This document shows, one piece after another, positions 35,757 to 48,684 of a stretch of 64,000 bases of DNA. The notes under the pieces are model-generated. The model did not search any database. It was not told the DNA's origin and was given only the letters and a program-made list of their open reading frames with translations. The DNA lies in NCBI RefSeq assembly GCF_009914755.1, contig NC_060928.1. One strand, written 5' to 3'. The stretch comes from the human T2T-CHM13v2.0 reference genome, Homo sapiens. The position numbers were made by a program, and so were the translations under genes. Each line of letters starts with the position of its first letter. Within the stretch, counting starts at the first letter, position 1.

Positions 35757-38700
35757 CATTCTCCGAAACTTCTCTGTGATGTTTGCATTCCACTCATAGA
35801 GTTGAAAACTTCCTTTCATAGAGCAGGTTTGAAACACTCTTTTTGTAATATTTGGAAGTGGACATTTGCAGCGCTTTGAGGCCTATGGTGAAAAAGGAAA
35901 TATCTTCTCATAAAAACCAGAAACAAGCATTCTCAGAAACTTCTTTTTGATGTGTGTACTCAAGTAACAGAGTTGAACCTTCCTTTTGACACAGCAGTTT
36001 TGAAACAATCTTTTTGTAGAATCTGCAAGTGGATATTTGGATAGCTTTGAGGATTTCGTTGGTAACGGGATATCTTCATATAAAATCTAGACAGAAGCAT
36101 TCTCAGAAACTTCTTTGTGCTGTATGTCCTCAATTAACAGAGTTGAACCATTGCTTGGATACAGCATTTTGGAAACATTCCTTTAGTAGAATCTGCAAGT
36201 TGATATTTAGATAGATTTGAAGATTTCGTTGGAAAAGGGAATATCTCCATAGAAAATCTAGAGGGAAGCATTCTCAGAAACTGCTTTGTGATGTTTCCAT
36301 TCAAGTCACAGAGTTGAATATTCCCTTTTATAGAGCACGTTTGAAACACTCTTTCTGCAGTATCTGGAAGTGGACATTTCGAGCGCTTTGAGGCCTATGG
36401 TGAAAAAGGAAATATCTTCCCACAAAAACTACACAGAAGCATTCTCAGAAACTTGTTTGTGATGTGTGTATTCAACTAACGGAGTTGAACTTTTGTTTTT
36501 ACAGAGCCGTTTTAAAACACTCTTTTTGTGGAATCAGAAAGTGGATATTCGGATGGCTCTGAGGATTTCGTTGGAAGCGGGATTACATATAAAATCTAGA
36601 GAGAAGCATTCTCAGGAACTTCTTTGTGATGTTTGCATTGAAGTCACAGAATTGAACATTCACTTTGATAGAGCAGGTTTGAAACACTCATTCTGTAGTA
36701 TCTGGAAGTGGACATTTCAAGCGCTTTCAGGCCTATGGTGAGAAAGGAAATATCTTCGAATAAAAACTAGACAGAAGCATCCTCAGAAACTTATTTGTGA
36801 TGTCTGTCCTCAACTAACAGAGTTGAAACTTTGTTTTGATACAGCATTTTGGAAACACTCTTTTTGTAGAATCTGCAGGTGGATATTTGGATAGCTTAGA
36901 GGGATTCGTTGGAAAGGGGATATCTTCATATAAAATCTAGACAGAAGCATTCTCAGAAACTTATTTGTGATGTGTGTCCTCAACTAACAGAGTTGAACCT
37001 TGGTTTCGATACAGCATTTTGGAAACACTCCTTTTGTAGAATCTGCAGGTGGATATGTGGATAGCTCTGAAGATTTCGTTGGAAACGGGAATTTCTTCAT
37101 ATAAAATCAAACAGAAGCATTCTCAGAAACTTCTCAGTGATGTTTGCATTCAGCTCATGGAGTTGAACACTTCCTTTCATAGAGCCGGTTTGAAACACTC
37201 TTTCTGCACTACCTGGAAGAGGACATTTCGAGCGCTTTGAGTCCTATGGTGAAAAAGGAAATATCTTCTCATAAAAACCAGAAAGAAGCATTCTCAGAAA
37301 CTTCTTTGTGTTGTGTGTACTCATGTAACAGTGTTGAACCATCCTTTTGACAGAGCAGTTTTGAAACACTCTTTTTGTAGAATCTGCAAGTGGATATTTG
37401 GATAGCTTTGAGGATTTCGTTGGAAACGGGATGACATATAATATCTAGAGAGAAGCATTCTCAGGAACTTCTTTGTGATGTTTGCATTCAAGTCACAGAA
37501 TTGAACATTCCCTTTCATAGAGCAGGTTTGAAACACTCTTTCTCTAGTATCTGGAAGTGGGCATTTCAAGCGCTTTCAGGCCTATGGAGAGAAAGGGAAT
37601 ACCTTCAAATAAAAACTAGACAGAAGCATTCTCAGAAACTTATTTGTGATGTGTGTCCTCAACTAACAGAGTTGAACCTTGGTTTTGATACAGCATTTTG
37701 GAAACACTCCTTTTGTAGAATCTGCAGGTGGATATTTGGATAGCTTTGAAGATTTCGTTGGAAACCGGAATATCTTCATATAAAATCAAGACAGAAGCAT
37801 TCTCGGAAACATCTCTGTGATGTTTGCATTCAACTCAGTAGAGTTGAACACTTCCTTTCATAGAGCAGGTTTGAAACACTCTTTCTGCACTACCTGGAAG
37901 CGGACATTTCGAGCGCTTTGAGGCCTATGGTGAAAAAGGAAATATCTTCTCATAAAAACCAGAAAGAAGCATTCTCAGAAACTTCTTTGTGTTGTGTGTA
38001 CTCAAGTAACAGTGTTGAACCTTCCTTTTGACACAGCAGTTTTGAAACACTCTTTTGGTAGAATCTGCAAGTGGATATTTGGATAGCTTTGAGGATTTCG
38101 TTGGAAACGGGTTATCTTCATATAAAATCCAGACAGGAGCATTCTCAGAAACTTCTTTGTGCTGTATGTCCTCAATTCACAGAGCTGAACCTTTGTTTGG
38201 ATACAGCATTTTGGAGACATTCCTTTAGTAGAATCTGCAAGTTGATATTTAGATAGCTTTGAAGATTTCGTTGGAAACGGGAATATCTTCATAGAAAATC
38301 TAGACGGAAGCATTCTCAGAAACTGCTTTGTGATGTTTGCATTCAAGTCACAGAGTTGAATATTCCCTTTTATAGAATAGGTTTGAAACACTCTTTCGGC
38401 ACTACCTGGAAGTGGATATTTCGAGCTCTTTGAGGCCTATGGTTAAAAGGAAATATCTTCCCATAAAAACTAGACAGAAGCCGTCTCAGAAACTTGTTTG
38501 TGATGTGTGTATTCAACTAACAGAGTTGAACATTTCTGTTACAGAGCAATTTTAAAACACTCTTTTTGTGGAATCTGAAAGTGGATAATTGGATAGCTTT
38601 GTGGATTTCGTTGGAAACGGGATGACGTATAAAATCTAGAGAGAAGCATTCTCAGGAACTTCTTTCTGATGTTTGCATTCAAGTCACAGAATTGAACATT

Positions 38701-38988
38701 CCTTTTCATAGTGCAGGTTTGAAACACTCTTTCTGTAGTATCTGGAAGTGGACATTTCAAGCGCTTTCAGGCCTACGGGGAGAAAGGAAATATCTTCAAA
38801 TAAAAACTAGACAGAAGGATTCTCAGAAACTTATTTGTGATGTGTGTCCTAAACGAACACAGTTGAACCTTTGTTTTGATACAGCATTTTGGAAACACTC
38901 CTTTTGTAGGATCTGCAGGTGGATATTTGGATAGATTTTAAGATTTCGTTGGAAACGGGAGTTTCTTCATAGAAACTCAAGACAGATG
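35757..38988 (+). repeat. HOR copy 12 (19-mer)
   Basis: 3232-bp periodicity. Confidence 0.93.
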
Positions 38989-41900
38989 CATTCTCAGAAA
39001 CATCTCTGTGATGTTTGCATTCCACTCATAGAGTTGAAAACTTCCTTTCATAGAGCAGGTTTGAAACACTCTTTTTGTAATATTTGGAAGTGGACATTTG
39101 CAGCGCTTTGAGGCCTATGGTGAAAAAGGAAATATCTTCTCATAAAAACCAGAAACAAGCATTCTCAGAAACTTCTTTTTGATGTGTGTACTCAAGTAAC
39201 AGAGTTGAACCTTCCTTTTGACACAGCAGTTTTGAAACAATCTTTTTGTAGAATCTGCAAGTGGATATTTGGATAGCTTTGAGGATTTCGTTGGAAACGG
39301 GATATCTTCATATAAAATCTAGACAGAAGCATTCTCAGAAACTTCTTTGTGCTGTATGTCCTCAATTAACAGAGTTGAACCATTGCTTGGATACAGCATT
39401 TTGGAAACATTCCTTGAGTAGAATCTGCAAGTTGATATTTAGATAGATTTGAAGATTTCGTTGGAAAAGGGAATATCTCCATAGAAAATCTAGAGGGAAG
39501 CATTCTCAGAAACTGCTTTGTGATGTTTCCATTCAAGTCACAGAGTTGAATATTCCCTTTTATAGAGCACGTTTGAAACACTCTTTCTGCACTATCTGGA
39601 AGTGGACATTTCGAGCGCTTTGAGGCCTATGGTGAAAAAGGAAATATCTTCCCATAAAAACTAGACAGAAGCATTCTCAGAAACTTGTTTGTGATGTGTG
39701 TATTCAACTAACAGAGTTGAACTTTTGTTTTTACAGAGCCGTTTTAAAACACTCTTTTTGTGGAATCAGAAAGTGGATATTCGGATGGCTCTGAGGATTT
39801 CGTTGGAAGCGGGATTACATATAAAATCCAGAGAGAAGCATTCTCAGGAACTTCTTTGTGATGTTTGCATTGAAGTCACAGAATTGAACATTCACTTTGA
39901 TAGAGCAGGTTTGAAACACTCATTCTGTAGTATCTGGAAGTGGACATTTCAAGCGCTTTCAGGCCTATGGTGAGAAAGGAAATATCTTCGAATAAAAACT
40001 AGACAGAAGCATCCTCAGAAACTTATTTGTGATGTGTGTCCTCAACTAACAGAGTTGAAACTTTGTTTTGATACAGCATTTTGGAAACACTCTTTTTGTA
40101 GAATCTGCAGGTGGATATTTGGATAGCTTAGAGGGATTTGTTGGAAAGGGGATATCTTCATATAAAATCTAGACAGAAGCATTCTCAGAAACTTATTTGT
40201 GATGTGTGTCCTCAACTAACAGAGTTGAACCTTGGTTTTGATACAGCATTTTGGAAACACTCCTTTTGTAGAATCTGCAGGTGGATATGTGGATAGCTCT
40301 GAAGATTTCGTTGGAAACGGGAATTTCTTCATATAAAATCAAACAGAAGCATTCTCAGAAACTTCTCAGTGATGTTTGCATTCAGCTCATGGAGTTGAAC
40401 ACTTCCTTTCATAGAGCCAGTTTGAAACACTCTTTCTGCACTACCTGGAAGAGGACATTTCGAGCGCTTTGAGTCCTATGGTGAAAAAGGAAATATCTTC
40501 TCATAAAAACCAGAAAGAAGCATTCTCAGAAACTTCTTTGTGTTGTGTGTACTCATGTAACAGTGTTGAACCATCCTTTTGACAGAGCAGTTTTGAAACA
40601 CTCTTTTTGTAGAATCTGCAAGTGGATATTTGGATAGCTTTGAGGATTTCGTTGGAAACGGGATGACATATAATATCTAGAGAGAAGCATTCTCAGGAAC
40701 TTCTTTGTGATGTTTGCATTCAAGTCACAGAATTGAACATTCCCTTTCATAGAGCAGGTTTGAAACACTCTTTCTCTAGTATCTGGAAGTGGGCATTTCA
40801 AGCGCTTTCAGGCCTATGGAGAGAAAGGGAATACCTTCAAATAAAAACTAGACAGAAGCATTCTCAGAAACTTATTTGTGATGTGTGTCCTCAACTAACA
40901 GAGTTGAACCTTTGTTTTGATACAGCATTTTGGAAACACTCCTTTGGTAGAATCTGCAGGTGGATATTTGGATAGCTTTGAAGATTTCGTTGGAAACCGG
41001 AATATCTTCATATAAAATCAAGACAGAAGCATTCTCGGAAACAGCTCTGTGATGTTTGCATTCAACTCAGTAGAGTTGAACACTTCCTTTCATAGAGCAG
41101 GTTTGAAACACTCTTTCTGCACTACCTGGAAGCGGACATTTCGAGCGCTTTGAGGCCTATGGTGAAAAAGGAAATATCTTCTCATAAAAACCAGAAAGAA
41201 GCATTCTCAGAAACTTCTTTGTGTTGTGTGTACTCAAGTAACAGTGTTGAACCTTCCTTTTGACAGAGCAGTTTTGAAACACTCTTTTGGTAGAATCTGC
41301 AAGTGGATATTTGGAGAGCTTTGAGGATTTCGTTGGAAACGGGTTATCTTCATATAAAATCCAGACAGGAGCATTCTCAGAAACTTCTTTGTGCTGTATG
41401 TCCTCAATTCACAGAGCTGAACCTTTGTTTGGATACAGCATTTTGGAGACATTCCTTTAGTAGAATCTGCAAGTTGATATTTAGATAGCTTTGAAGATTT
41501 CGTTGGAAACGGGAATATCTTCATAGAAAATCTAGACGGAAGCATTCTCAGAAACTGCTTTGTGATGTTTGCATTCAAGTCACAGAGTTGAATATTCCCT
41601 TTTATAGAGTAGGTTTGAAACACTCTTTCGGCACTACCTGGAAGTGGATATTTCGAGCTCTTTGAGGCCTATGGTTAAAAGGAAATATCTTCCCATAAAA
41701 ACTAGACAGAAGCCGTCTCAGAAACTTGTTTGTGATGTGTGTATTCAACTAACAGAGTTGAACATTTCTGTTACAGAGCAATTTTAAAACACTCTTTTTG
41801 TGGAATCTGAAAGTGGATAATTGGATAGCTTTGTGGATTTCGTTGGAAACGGGATGACGTATAAAATCTAGAGAGAAGCATTCTCAGGAACTTCTTTCTG

Positions 41901-42220
41901 ATGTTTGCATTCAAGTCACAGAATTGAACATTCCTTTTCATAGTGCAGGTTTGAAACACTCTTTCTGTAGTATCTGGAAGTGGACATTTCAAGCGCTTTC
42001 AGGCCTACGGGGAGAAAGGAAATATCTTCAAATAAAAACTAGACAGAAGGATTCTCAGAAACTTATTTGTGATGTGTGTCCTAAACGAACACAGTTGAAC
42101 CTTTGTTTTGATACAGCATTTTGGAAACACTCCTTTTGTAGGATCTGCAGGTGGATATTTGGATAGATTTTAAGATTTCGTTGGAAACGGGAATTTCTTC
42201 ATTGAAACTCAAGACAGATG
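38989..42220 (+). repeat. HOR copy 13 (19-mer)
   Basis: 3232-bp periodicity. Confidence 0.93.
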
Positions 42221-45200
42221 CATTCTCCGAAACTTCTCTGTGATGTTTGCATTCCACTCATAGAGTTGAAAACTTCCTTTCATAGAGCAGGTTTGAAACA
42301 CTCTTTTTGTAATATTTGGAAGTGGACATTTGCAGCGCTTTGAGGCCTATGGTGAAAAAGGAAATATCTTCTCATAAAAACCAGAAACAAGCATTCTCAG
42401 AAACTTCTTTTTGATGTGTGTACTCAAGTAACAGAGTTGAACCTTCCTTTTGACACAGCAGTTTTGAAACAATCTTTTTGTAGAATCTGCAAGTGGATAT
42501 TTGGATAGCTTTGAGGATTTCGTTGGAAACGGGATATCTTCATATAAAATCTAGACAGAAGCATTCTCAGAAACTTCTTTGTGCTGTATGTCCTCAATTA
42601 ACAGAGTTGAACCATTGCTTGGATACAGCATTTTGGAAACATTCCTTGAGTAGAATCTGCAAGTTGATATTTAGATAGATTTGAAGATTTCGTTGGAAAA
42701 GGGAATATCTCCATAGAAAATCTAGAGGGAAGCATTCTCAGAAACTGCTTTGTGATGTTTCCATTCAAGTCACAGAGTTGAATATTCCCTTTTATAGAGC
42801 ACGTTTGAAACACTCTTTCTGCACTATCTGGAAGTGGACATTTCGAGCGCTTTGAGGCCTATGGTGAAAAAGGAAATATCTTCCCATAAAAACTAGACAG
42901 AAGCATTCTCAGAAACTTGTTTGTGATGTGTGTATTCAACTAACAGAGTTGAACTTTTGTTTTTACAGAGCCGTTTTAAAACACTCTTTTTGTGGAATCA
43001 GAAAGTGGATATTCGGATGGCTCTGAGGATTTCGTTGGAAGCGGGATTACATATAAAATCCAGAGAGAAGCATTCTCAGGAACTTCTTTGTGATGTTTGC
43101 ATTGAAGTCACAGAATTGAACATTCACTTTGATAGAGCAGGTTTGAAACACTCCTTCTGTAGTATCTGGAAGTGGACATTTCAAGCGCTTTCAGGCCTAT
43201 GGTGAGAAAGGAAATATCTTCGAATAAAAACTAGACAGAAGCATCCTCAGAAACTTATTTGTGATGTGTGTCCTCAACTAACAGAGTTGAAACTTTGTTT
43301 TGATACAGCATTTTGGAAACACTCTTTTTGTAGAATCTGCAGGTGGATATATGGATAGCTTAGAGGGATTCGTTGGAAAGGGGATATCTTCATATAAAAT
43401 CTAGACAGAAGCATTCTCAGAAACTTATTTGTGATGTGTGTCCTCAACTAACAGAGTTGAACCTTGGTTTTGATACAGCATTTTGGAAACACTCCTTTTG
43501 TAGAATCTGCAGGTGGATATGTGGATAGCTCTGAAGATTTCGTTGGAAACGGGAATTTCTTCATATAAAATCAAACAGAAGCATTCTCAGAAACTTCTCA
43601 GTGATGTTTGCATTCAGCTCATGGAGTTGAACACTTCCTTTCATAGAGCCGGTTTGAAACACTCTTTCTGCACTACCTGGAAGAGGACATTTCGAGCGCT
43701 TTGAGTCCTATGGTGAAAAAGGAAATATCTTCTCATAAAAACCAGAAAGAAGCATTCTCAGAAACTTCTTTGTGTTGTGTGTACTCATGTAACAGTGTTG
43801 AACCATCCTTTTGACAGAGCAGTTTTGAAACACTCTTTTTGTAGAATCTGCAAGTGGATATTTGGATAGCTTTGAGGATTTCGTTGGAAACGGGATGACA
43901 TATAATATCTAGAGAGAAGCATTCTCAGGAACTTCTTTGTGATGTTTGCATTCAAGTCACAGAATTGAACATTCCCTTTCATAGAGCAGGTTTGAAACAC
44001 TCTTTCTCTAGTATCTGGAAGTGAGCATTTCAAGCGCTTTCAGGCCTATGGAGAGAAAGGGAATACCTTCAAATAAAAACTAGACAGAAGCATTCTCAGA
44101 AACTTATTTGTGATGTGTGTCCTCAACTAACAGAGTTGAACCTTTGTTTTGATACAGCATTTTGGAAACACTCCTTTTGTAGAATCTGCAGGTGGATATT
44201 TGGATAGCTTTGAAGATTTCGTTGGAAACCGGAATATCTTCATATAAAATCAAGACAGAAGCATTCTCGGAAACAGCTCTGTGATGTTTGCATTCAACTC
44301 AGTAGAGTTGAACACTTCCTTTCATAGAGCAGGTTTGAAACACTCTTTCTGCACTACCTGGAAGCGGACATTTCGAGCGCTTTGAGGCCTATGGTGAAAA
44401 AGGAAATATCTTCTCATAAAAACCAGAAAGAAGCATTCTCAGAAACTTCTTTGTGTTGTGTGTACTCAAGTAACAGTGTTGAACCTTCCTTTTGACACAG
44501 CAGTTTTGAAACACTCTTTTGGTAGAATCTGCAAGTGGATATTTGGAGAGCTTTGAGGATTTCGTTGGAAACGGGTTATCTTCATATAAAATCCAGACAG
44601 GAGCATTCTCAGAAACTTCTTTGTGCTGTATGTCCTCAATTCACAGAGCTGAACCTTTGTTTGGATACAGCATTTTGGAGACATTCCTTTAGTAGAATCT
44701 GCAAGTTGATATTTAGATAGCTTTGAAGATTTCGTTGGAAACGGGAATATCTTCATAGAAAATCTAGACGGAAGCATTCTCAGAAACTGCTTTGTGATGT
44801 TTGCATTCAAGTCACAGAGTTGAATATTCCCTTTTATAGAGTAGGTTTGAAACACTCTTTCGGCACTACCTGGAAGTGGATATTTCGAGCTCTTTGAGGC
44901 CTATGGTTAAAAGGAAATATCTTCCCATAAAAACTAGACAGAAGCCGTCTCAGAAACTTGTTTGTGATGTGTGTATTCAACTAACAGAGTTGAACATTTC
45001 TGTTACAGAGCAATTTTAAAACACTCTTTTTGTGGAATCTGAAAGTGGATAATTGGATAGCTTTGTGGATTTCGTTGGAAACGGGATGACGTATAAAATC
45101 TAGAGAGAAGCATTCTCAGGAACTTCTTTCTGATGTTTGCATTCAAGTCACAGAATTGAACATTCCTTTTCATAGTGCAGGTTTGAAACACTCTTTCTGT

Positions 45201-45452
45201 AGTATCTGGAAGTGGACATTTCAAGCGCTTTCAGGCCTACGGGGAGAAAGGAAATATCTTCAAATAAAAACTAGACAGAAGGATTCTCAGAAACTTATTT
45301 GTGATGTGTGTCCTAAACGAACACAGTTGAACCTTTGTTTTGATACAGCATTTTGGAAACACTCCTTTTGTAGGATCTGCAGGTGGATATTTGGATAGAT
45401 TTTAAGATTTCATTGGAAACGGGAATTTCTTCATAGAAACTCAAGACAGATG
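42221..45452 (+). repeat. HOR copy 14 (19-mer)
   Basis: 3232-bp periodicity. Confidence 0.93.
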
Positions 45453-48400
45453 CATTCTCCGAAACTTCTCTGTGATGTTTGCATTCCACTCATAGAGTTG
45501 AAAACTTCCTTTCATAGAGCAGGTTTGAAACACTCTTTTTGTAATATTTGGAAGTGGACATTTGCAGCGCTTTGAGGCCTATGGTGAAAAAGGAAATATC
45601 TTCTCATAAAAACCAGAAACAAGCATTCTCAGAAACTTCTTTTTGATGTGTGTACTCAAGTAACAGAGTTGAACCTTCCTTTTGACACAGCAGTTTTGAA
45701 ACAATCTTTTTGTAGAATCTGCAAGTGGATATTTGGATAGCTTTGAGGATTTCGTTGGAAACGGGATATCTTCATATAAAATCTAGACAGAAGCATTCTC
45801 AGAAACTTCTTTGTGCTGTATGTCCTCAATTAACAGAGTTGAACCATTGCTTGGATACAGCATTTTGGAAACATTCCTTTAGTAGAATCTGCAAGTTGAT
45901 ATTTAGATAGATTTGAAGATTTCGTTGGAAAAGGGAATATCTCCATAGAAAACCTAGAGGGAAGCATTCTCAGAAACTGCTTTGTGATGTTTCCATTCAA
46001 GTCACAGAGTTGAATATTCCCTTTTATAGAGCACGTTTGAAACACTCTTTCTGCACTATCTGGAAGTGGACATTTCGAGCGCTTTGAGGCCTATGGTGAA
46101 AAAGGAAATATCTTCCCACAAAAACTAGACAGAAGCATTCTCAGAAACTTGTTTGTGATGTGTGTATTCAACTAACAGAGTTGAACTTTTGTTTTTACAG
46201 AGCCGTTTTAAAACACTCTTTTTGTGGAATCAGAAAGTGGATATTCGGATGGCTCTGAGGATTTCGTTGGAAGCGGGATTACATATAAAATCTAGAGAGA
46301 AGCATTCTCAGGAACTTCTTTGTGATGTTTGCATTGAAGTCACAGAATTGAACATTCACTTTGATAGAGCAGGTTTGAAACACTCATTCTGTAGTATCTG
46401 GAAGTGGACATTTCAAGCGCTTTCAGGCCTATGGTGAGAAAGGAAATATCTTCGAATAAAAACTAGACAGAAGCATCCTCAGAAACTTATTTGTGTTGTG
46501 TGTCCTCAACTAACAGAGTTGAAACTTTGTTTTGATACAGCATTTTGGAAACACTCTTTTTGTAGAATCTGCAGGTGGATATTTGGATAGCTTAGAGGGA
46601 TTCGTTGGAAAGGGGATATCTTCATATAAAATCTAGACAGAAGCATTCTCAGAAACTTATTTGTGATGTGTGTCCTCAACTAACAGAGTTGAACCTTGGT
46701 TTTGATACAGCATTTTGGAAACACTCCTTTTGTAGAATCTGCAGGTGGATATGTGGATAGCTCTGAAGATTTCGTTGGAAACGGGAATTTCTTCATATAA
46801 AATCAAACAGAAGCATTCTCAGAAACTTCTCAGTGATGTTTGCATTCAGCTCATGGAGTTGAACACTTCCTTTCATAGAGCCGGTTTGAAACACTCTTTC
46901 TGCACTACCTGGAAGAGGACATTTCGAGCGCTTTGAGTCCTATGGTGAAAAAGGAAATATCTTCTCATAAAAACCAGAAAGAAGCATTCTCAGAAACTTC
47001 TTTGTGTTGTGTGTACTCATGTAACAGTGTTGAACCATCCTTTTGACAGAGCAGTTTTGAAACACTCTTTTTGTAGAATCTGCAAGTGGATATTTGGATA
47101 GCTTTGAGGATTTCGTTGGAAACGGGATGACATATAATATCTAGAGAGAAGCATTCTCAGGAACTTCTTTGTGATGTTTGCATTCAAGTCACAGAATTGA
47201 ACATTCCCTTTCATAGAGCAGGTTTGAAACACTCTTTCTCTAGTATCTGGAAGTGGGCATTTCAAGCGCTTTCAGGCCTATGGAGAGAAAGGGAATACCT
47301 TCAAATAAAAACTAGACAGAAGCATTCTCAGAAACTTATTTGTGATGTGTGTCCTCAACTAACAGAGTTGAACCTTTGTTTTGATACAGCATTTTGGAAA
47401 CACTCCTTTTGTAGAATCTGCAGGTGGATATTTGGATAGCTTTGAAGATTTCGTTGGAAACCGGAATATCTTCATATAAAATCAAGACAGAAGCATTCTC
47501 GGAAACAGCTCTGTGATGTTTGCATTCAACTCAGTAGAGTTGAACACTTCCTTTCATAGAGCAGGTTTGAAACACTCTTTCTGCACTACCTGGAAGCGGA
47601 CATTTCGAGCGCTTTGAGGCCTATGGTGAAAAAGGAAATATCTTCTCATAAAAACCAGAAAGAAGCATTCTCAGAAACTTCTTTGTGTTGTGTGTACTCA
47701 AGTAACAGTGTTGAACCTTCCTTTTGACAGAGCAGTTTTGAAACACTCTTTTGGTAGAATCTGCAAGTGGATATTTGGAGAGCTTTGAGGATTTCGTTGG
47801 AAACGGGTTATCTTCATATAAAATCCAGACAGGAGCATTCTCAGAAACTTCTTTGTGCTGTATGTCCTCAATTCACAGAGCTGAACCTTTGTTTGGATAC
47901 AGCATTTTGGAGACATTCCTTTAGTAGAATCTGCAAGTTGATATTTAGATAGCTTTGAAGATTTCGTTGGAAACGGGAATATCTTCATAGAAAATCTAGA
48001 CGGAAGCATTCTCAGAAACTGCTTTGTGATGTTTGCATTCAAGTCACAGAGTTGAATATTCCCTTTTATAGAGTAGGTTTGAAACACTCTTTCGGCACTA
48101 CCTGGAAGTGGATATTTCGAGCTCTTTGAGGCCTATGGTTAAAAGGAAATATCTTCCCATAAAAACTAGACAGAAGCCGTCTCAGAAACTTGTTTGTGAT
48201 GTGTGTATTCAACTACCAGAGTTGAAGATTTCTGTTACAGAGCAATTTTAAAACACTCTTTTTGTGGAATCTGAAAGTGGATAATTGGATAGCTTTGTGG
48301 ATTTCGTTGGAAACGGGATGACGTATAAAATCTAGAGAGAAGCATTCTCAGGAACTTCTTTCTGATGTTTGCATTCAAGTCACAGAATTGAACATTCCTT

Positions 48401-48684
48401 TTCATAGTGCAGGTTTGAAACACTCTTTCTGTAGTATCTGGAAGTGGACATTTCAAGCGCTTTCAGGCCTACGGGGAGAAAGGAAATATCTTCAAATAAA
48501 AACTAGACAGAAGGATTCTCAGAAACTTATTTGTGATGTGTGTCCTAAACGAACACAGTTGAACCTTTGTTTTGATACAGCATTTTGGAAACACTCCTTT
48601 TGTAGGATCTGCAGGTGGATATTTGGATAGATTTTAAGATTTCGTTGGAAACGGGAATTTCTTCATAGAAACTCAAGACAGATG
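45453..48684 (+). repeat. HOR copy 15 (19-mer)
   Basis: 3232-bp periodicity. Confidence 0.93.
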
